Part shown: positions 57,900 to 64,000 of the stretch, piece after piece
How positions within the stretch are numbered: the stretch's first letter is position 1
How the letters are laid out: every line of letters starts with the position of its first letter
Source of the DNA: Octopus vulgaris
Taxonomy: Eukaryota
NCBI GenBank assembly: GCA_951406725.2
Contig: OX597821.1
Location: forward strand, 10,354,001 to 10,418,000
Length of the DNA: 64,000 nt
Direction: 5' to 3'
Notes under the pieces: model-generated
What the model was told of the DNA's origin: nothing
What the model saw: only the letters and a program-made list of their open reading frames with translations
Database searches by the model: none
Position numbers and translations under genes: made by a program

Positions 57900-60020
57900 T
57901 GTTCTATGCAAATACAAAGGAACATACGTTTACGAGAAACATTTTTGAATATGCATATAATTGCTCCTATTTTATTCTGTCGTCTACAACCTAATGATAC
58001 CGATAATAGCTGTGCTGTGCCTATAAAAGGTGAAATAAATATAGTTGTAAGCCTGCCTACTAGAGGAACAAGGCCTGAATTTTTGAGGAGGTGTATACTC
58101 GACAATATCGGGCCCATCATTTCACTGCTATTTAATTTCGACATTAGGACGATTGAAATTTCTTAAAAAGCAGTGTGGAGGTGTCATTGAGGTTAGTTGA
58201 TAGTTCTTCCATCATTTTCAGGTCCATTCGAATGCTTCCATGATTTTGATGACCAGAGGGGCGATATGTTATACACATGAACATTTCCTGTTTAATGTGT
58301 ACTACCAGCTGGTCACTAACTACGTTTGAGTGTGGAAACGGGAGTATGACACTATTGCCTATGAAGAGTTCAAATTCTTCTGATTCTTGTATATATAAGT
58401 TTGCCAAATCTCTTAAGCTACAATATCGATATTTATACAAGTGCACAAATTATGATTCAGTTCCTACAGATTATGATAGACGCCAATATTGAATGCAGTT
58501 CAAAATTACATTTCTCATACCTAAATGAAAATAAAAAACCGAGAATGAGAAGACACTTATTTTACCTTGATCAAAAGATTCTAATCTTTAAAACATTATT
58601 TGCCCTGGCTTTTTGCTGCCTTCACAAAATCTGTATCATCTTTGATGTTTTTAGAGAACTCCAAGCAACTGTCTTTTGTGTTAAAATAGTGTTCCATCAC
58701 TACAAAATATTAAGCAGTCGCTTAAATGAAAGTCTTTAAGAGTTTCAGTTCTTTTTGCCGATATTGAAAAATGCCCATATATCTTTAAGATAATATTTTC
58801 TACATCAACATTCAAGTTTTCCAAAGTACTTTTACTGATTTATGTAAAATGTCCGCATTGCAATGAGCTTTAATAACAGTCATTCAGTGTGAGAATTTTA
58901 GTATATAAAGAATGCTTTATTCCAAAATTGCAATTTGCATTATCTGCACTAAAACAGGAAACTCTTTCTCAGTCAAGTTGCAAATTGTCAGTAGTCTTTC
59001 TCAAACATCTAAACATTCAATCTGCACTTTCATCAGCATTCTCAAAAACGTCAATAATATAATTCACTGCACCATATTCCGTATTGACATATTGAACATA
59101 TACAGGAAATATTTTCCTGTTTTTCTGGTTAGAAGCATCAATTGGAAGGCAAAAATAAAGAGGAGGGTCATATTATTTCAAGTCTTTCAATGCATTTTTA
59201 CCTAGCACATTCGTAACTATGGCCTCCGATTTGGTGCGACATCAAGATAACTTTCCAGCTACTTTGGAATCCTGGTAAAGGTTTGAATTCAATTTCAAGC
59301 TACAATCAAAGGAGTTGGAATGATTGTGTTTAACTGCATAAGATATTGTCTTCTTTTGTATCGGTTTTTATGAAAAATCTAGGAGTGGCTGTGTGGTAAG
59401 TAGCTTGCTAACCAACCACATGGTTCCGGGTTCAGTCCCACTGCGTGACATCTTGGGCAAGTGTCTTCTGCTATAGCCCCGGCTGACCAATGCCTTGTGA
59501 GTGGATTTGGTAGACGGAAACTAAAAGAAGCCTGTCGTATATATGTATAAATATATATGTATCTGTGTGTGTTTGTGTGTCTGTGTTTGTTCCCCTAGCA
59601 TTGCTTGACAACCGATGCTGGTGTGTTTACGTCCCCCGTCACTTAGCGGTTCGGTAAAAAGAGACCGATAGAATAAGTACTGGGCTTACAAAAAGAATAA
59701 GTTCCAGGGTCGAGTTGCTCGACTAAAGGCCGTGCTCCAGCATGACCGCAGTCAAATGACTGAAACAAATAAAAGAGTAAAGAGTAAAAGAGTAATTAAA
59801 GATTTGGAAGCTGAAGCATTACAGTTACTTTTATGACTATCAGAAGTGTGATGTTGTTACATAGCTACAACACCCATAAAGACAATTTCAAGGACTATCA
59901 CAAATAATGCATTTTACCTCTTGTGAATAATCAGTTGCTGCAAACCATTCATATTCCTTTTTCCAGTCTTTGTTGTATGAGCACAATCTTTTCTATTTTA
60001 TAGAGTGTTCCATCACTACA
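57900..60020 (-). pseudogene. hAT (Tip100/Zaphod-like) transposase pseudogene interrupted by a SINE
   Basis: KRLCSYNKDWKKEYEW..KCIICD (Zn finger); YAVKHNHS; CRTKSEAIVTNVL; IDASNQKNRKIFP; DESAD; SADNANCNFG; HCNADILH. Confidence 0.85.
59381..59793 (+). mobile_element. Octopus-type tRNA/CORE SINE inserted into the hAT transposase
   Basis: Same family as 7756; removing it rejoins the hAT frame ASKSLI|RFFIK. Confidence 0.92.
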
Positions 60021-61139
60021 AAATATTTAGCAGTCGCTGCGGTCCTGCCTTACTAAAATATTAAAACCCTGTGAAGGAAAAAAATTGATTTAGCTTTGAA
60101 ATAAAAAAGATGTTGCGAAATAAGGTCTAGAGTCGATGCATGTATTTGAAAACAGGTCAAGAAGAAGGTAAATGATCAATCAGATTTGCTCACTCGCACA
60201 GAAACCGTTAGAAGATATTTCACATAATATGTGAATATATCTTAGAGTATGGTAGGTCTATTTAGCTTCTGAAAAATCAAATTGTGCTAGCGTATAAAGC
60301 GGAGAATTTCTGTAAATAACTTTCCACTCACAGAGCTTTGGACGCACTCAAGATATAATAGGTGACATTTGATCTCGAAAAGAGGACTGAGCTCCCGAAA
60401 TTAACTTACTGAAAGAAATACTCTCTAGCCTAGTTCTTGGCCATTTAATGGAGGGGTGCAAGAGAACTAGCATCAAATTGAACGAGCAAAAAACACTGGG
60501 CCTCACAGGCTCATGATGATGTCACTAGCTATATTTAGCTTTAAAATAATAATAACGAATTATAGTTTTTCACCAACCATGACAATATTAAGCAAAAAGA
60601 TACTATATGGCCCAACAAACATGTATCTAAAAGGCGCATAACTTGAGATGTGAACTGATATCGAAATGCTAGCACTTGATAAGTTGGTCCTAATTAGTAC
60701 ATTCTTGTAACAATGTAAAAATTATCATGTTTCGAAAACACACTTTCATTTCATATAATTATCTGGTACTACTATTACAAGATTTTTCACATAGATTTCA
60801 TTGTCTTTTCTGGTATTTATAACAAATTACGGCTCGATTTTGTGAAAAACCTCATCACTACCTTGTATTATACGCCATTTTTGTATTGGTTTATTCTCCG
60901 TGAATCCCAGTTCAGTTCAGTTGGAGGTATTGCATTTCCAAACGTCCAACGGCACCTCCTTTCCTTCTCTATTGTTATTGACTTTTCTTTTTTGTGGGGG
61001 CAATGATTCCCATATTTAGTAACATAATTTACGATTTTCTCCTCCCAGAAAGAGTGCCTTTTCTTTGAAATGGAGAATTGAGTTATACGTAAAATGAGGT
61101 TAATTTTACACCCTGGTCAGCTGTCTGTCGCTCTGTGCT

Positions 61140-61198
61140 TCTGGTATAGAGCTGAATAAAGGACTGTCCTTTGAAATAAATGACGGTTGGCAACCCGA
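61140..61198 (-). mobile_element. hAT (Zaphod-like) terminal inverted repeat
   Basis: Minus strand tcgggttgccaaccgtc...aggacagtcct resembles Tip100/Zaphod ends; partner end not clearly found. Confidence 0.5.
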
Positions 61199-61200
61199 TG

Positions 61201-61206
<6 letters not shown>

Positions 61207-61259
<53 letters not shown>

Positions 61260-61317
61260 TATACATATATATATATATATATGTATGTATATATATGTTT
61301 ACAAATATGTATATAAA

Positions 61318-61365
<48 letters not shown>

Positions 61366-61687
61366 GTGTGTGTGTGTGTGTGTATGTATATGTGTCTGTG
61401 TTGATGATGATGATGAAGAAGAAGACAAAGAAAAAAAGAAGAAGAAGAAGAAGGAGAAGAAGAAGAAGAAGAAGAAGAAGAGGAAAAAGAAGAAGAAAAC
61501 GAAGAAGAAGAAGGAGGAGGAGAAGAAGATGAAGAACAAGAAGAAGCAGGAGGAGGAGGAGAAGAATATGATGAAGAAGAAGAAGAAGAAGAAGAAGAAG
61601 AAAAAGAAGAAGAAGAAGAAGAAGAAGAAGAAGAAGAAGAAGAAGAAGAAGAAGAAGAAGAAGAAGAAGAAGAAGAAGAAGAAGAAG
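61207..61687. repeat. Compound (AAT)/(TA)/(TG)/(GAA) microsatellite block
   Basis: Direct read. Confidence 0.95.
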
Positions 61688-64000
61688 CGGCATTCGCAAA
61701 CTGTTTACTAAGTCAGATTTCTGATAACGTATTTATATATTTTTCATTTTAAAACAAACTTAAAACGAACTGAAACAAATGCGAGAATCTGATTTTTATA
61801 AATAAAGATGTCTATTTTGATAGCAACCCGCTTGACATCCGTAATTCTTTGATAGAAACTTCCTGTGTTAAGTGATTTCAAATATAATTTTCCTTCCATA
61901 TTTGTGTTAATCTATTCCAAAATTCAGTTCAATAATGTCAAGTATATATTGCTAAATTCTTCATACTTGCACTCTTAGAAATCTTTAAAATACCTTTATT
62001 TCTGTAATTATTGGGTATATTATTATATTTTCGATGTTTTTCAGCTAGATTTTCATAAGAAAAAGCATATCATTTATGTATATCATCTGCCCATATCAAT
62101 TATGAGTTGTGTGTGTGTGATACTTTCTTTTGTGAATGTTAAGCTGAGTGATGTGCATGTACTTCGGCATGTTTGCGTGTTTTCTATGAAATGTATCTGT
62201 GTTAGTCGTGAGGTATTCTTACGTTTGAGTTCTTTATGCTCAGTCTGTGTGTGTTTATGGGCTGTTTTCTCTGTGCATATATCTTGCTGCTGCTCACAAG
62301 TATCTCTCTTCTTACCTTGCCGTAATCGCCATCCTCCAATATTTCCTGTTCTAATATTTTATGCTATTTCTCTTCCTTCAGGTAATTTGCCTCACAGTCA
62401 ATCACTATTTTAGTTTCATTATTATCTTTCGCCTACTTCTTACTCTAATATTATACTTTAGTTAGTGAGGAAATATTTTTATTCACAACGCTGCGTTTTA
62501 TTATAGACGTTTGCACAGAAAGTAAATTAATATATTGTGTTCTCACAGCTTTAGTACTTAGTGACTCCAAGCTATAAATATGATAAACATAATACTATAA
62601 ACGAAAGCATACTGAGCCTTACCGATCCTATCCTTCAGTAATTTATTGCTTGTAACCAATTTTGGTATATATGATATACATTGGAGATTATTCAACCGAG
62701 AAACCGCAGTAGTTTCTACACTTGATTTTTGGAAAAATTATCACGGTGAAACATGGCTCGCGCATGTGGTATACGTTGAAGTAAAGGATTTCCTCAGTAA
62801 TGCATGTTAAAATGTTAACTGTATTTTTTCTGTTGTATTCTGATCCCCTCCAAAGTCTTGTCTGAATTCAGTTATGGGAACAAGCAGAAATGTTACAATG
62901 AATCTCAATAAACGACAGTATTATTCTTCCCGTATAATGTAGGTTGATGATGTACAGCGAAACAAATTCTAATGCATGGCATACGTTACTTCAGTATCGC
63001 TAGCTTCCCGTATGATTGATTATCCTATTCGTTTTCGCTTCTCTTTGGAAATACATCATTCTCATACATCTCCATTAACTGTTCAATTAATTATGGATGT
63101 TCATACTGTGTGTTATGGCATCTATAAAATCTTAAACAGACTTTTCTTGTATTATATGCCACTAAATCTATGTGTTTGCTTTTCATACACATACCCCAGT
63201 GCCTTTAAATAAAATATATACTTCCAATATTTTCATATACCTTTCAGAAATATAAAAATCAGATTCCTGCATATAAGCAATAATAAAGCTTACAACTAAA
63301 AATTATCATGAATTTGTTACGCTATTGATTTGTAAAGCGATAATATATGATTTGTGTGACATTAGTGTTACTGTCTCTTACATATTATTCGGTTTAAAAG
63401 AATTTATTGTTCCAATTTCTTTAACACATGTCAAGATTTAGAATGATTCAATGAGTATCTGATTTAAGCTTTTGGCCGCAAATGTTCTTTATGACTTCAT
63501 GTATTTTACTTATCGAAATGATAACAGTAAAATAATTTTAAATAAAATTCGAATTTTTACCTCACATGTATATCGCAGAGTAATGTTATATAAATCAAAT
63601 TTGCTCGTATATCATCATCGAAACAATGTTATAGAAATCAAATTCCTGTATCACTTGTATATAAAAACATTTTATATTTTATGTATAACTATTCCACTCT
63701 AACAATTTTATATAAATAAGAAAATTCCTTGTTATACTTGTATATCACTTGCTTAACATATAAATCAAACTTACAAGGTATTTCTGTATCTCAGCAACGA
63801 ATTTATGTAACTTTACGTTCTTATATCTCATCTATTTCACAGCAATAACCTAATGTAACGTTTTCTTAAATTTAGATTCAAATAGCCATTGCACATTCTG
63901 TTGTTTTGCAGCAGTTTTCTAGGAAATATATTATCGTGCTATTTTGCTTATAGCAAGTGAATAGTATCATAGATAAAAATACCTTATTCTCATCAAACGT

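Overview
AT-rich eukaryotic intergenic or intronic DNA with no recognisable host protein-coding gene. The tRNA/CORE-type SINEs and dense TA/CA/AAT microsatellites point to an octopus genome (inference). The window is mostly nested mobile DNA. (1) Several families of Penelope-like retroelements (PLEs; RT + GIY-YIG): a very young Neptune-type copy forming a 1.09-kb head-to-head palindrome (19010-22899), a 3.7-kb copy sitting in a (TA)n tract (34489-38202), and a decayed Naiad-like copy. (2) About ten minimal hammerhead-ribozyme (HHR)-like motifs at known or presumed PLE termini. Three carry a compensatory U3-A8 core and several are folded back into hairpins. (3) A tandem pair of GC-rich CR1 LINEs. 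(4) R4/Dong-like RLE retrotransposon fragments and an (AAT)n-associated non-coding element. (5) Tc1 and hAT DNA transposon fossils and many SINEs. The most interesting system is the PLE/hammerhead/palindrome/microsatellite association. All assignments were made by eye from motifs; no searches or folding programs were run.
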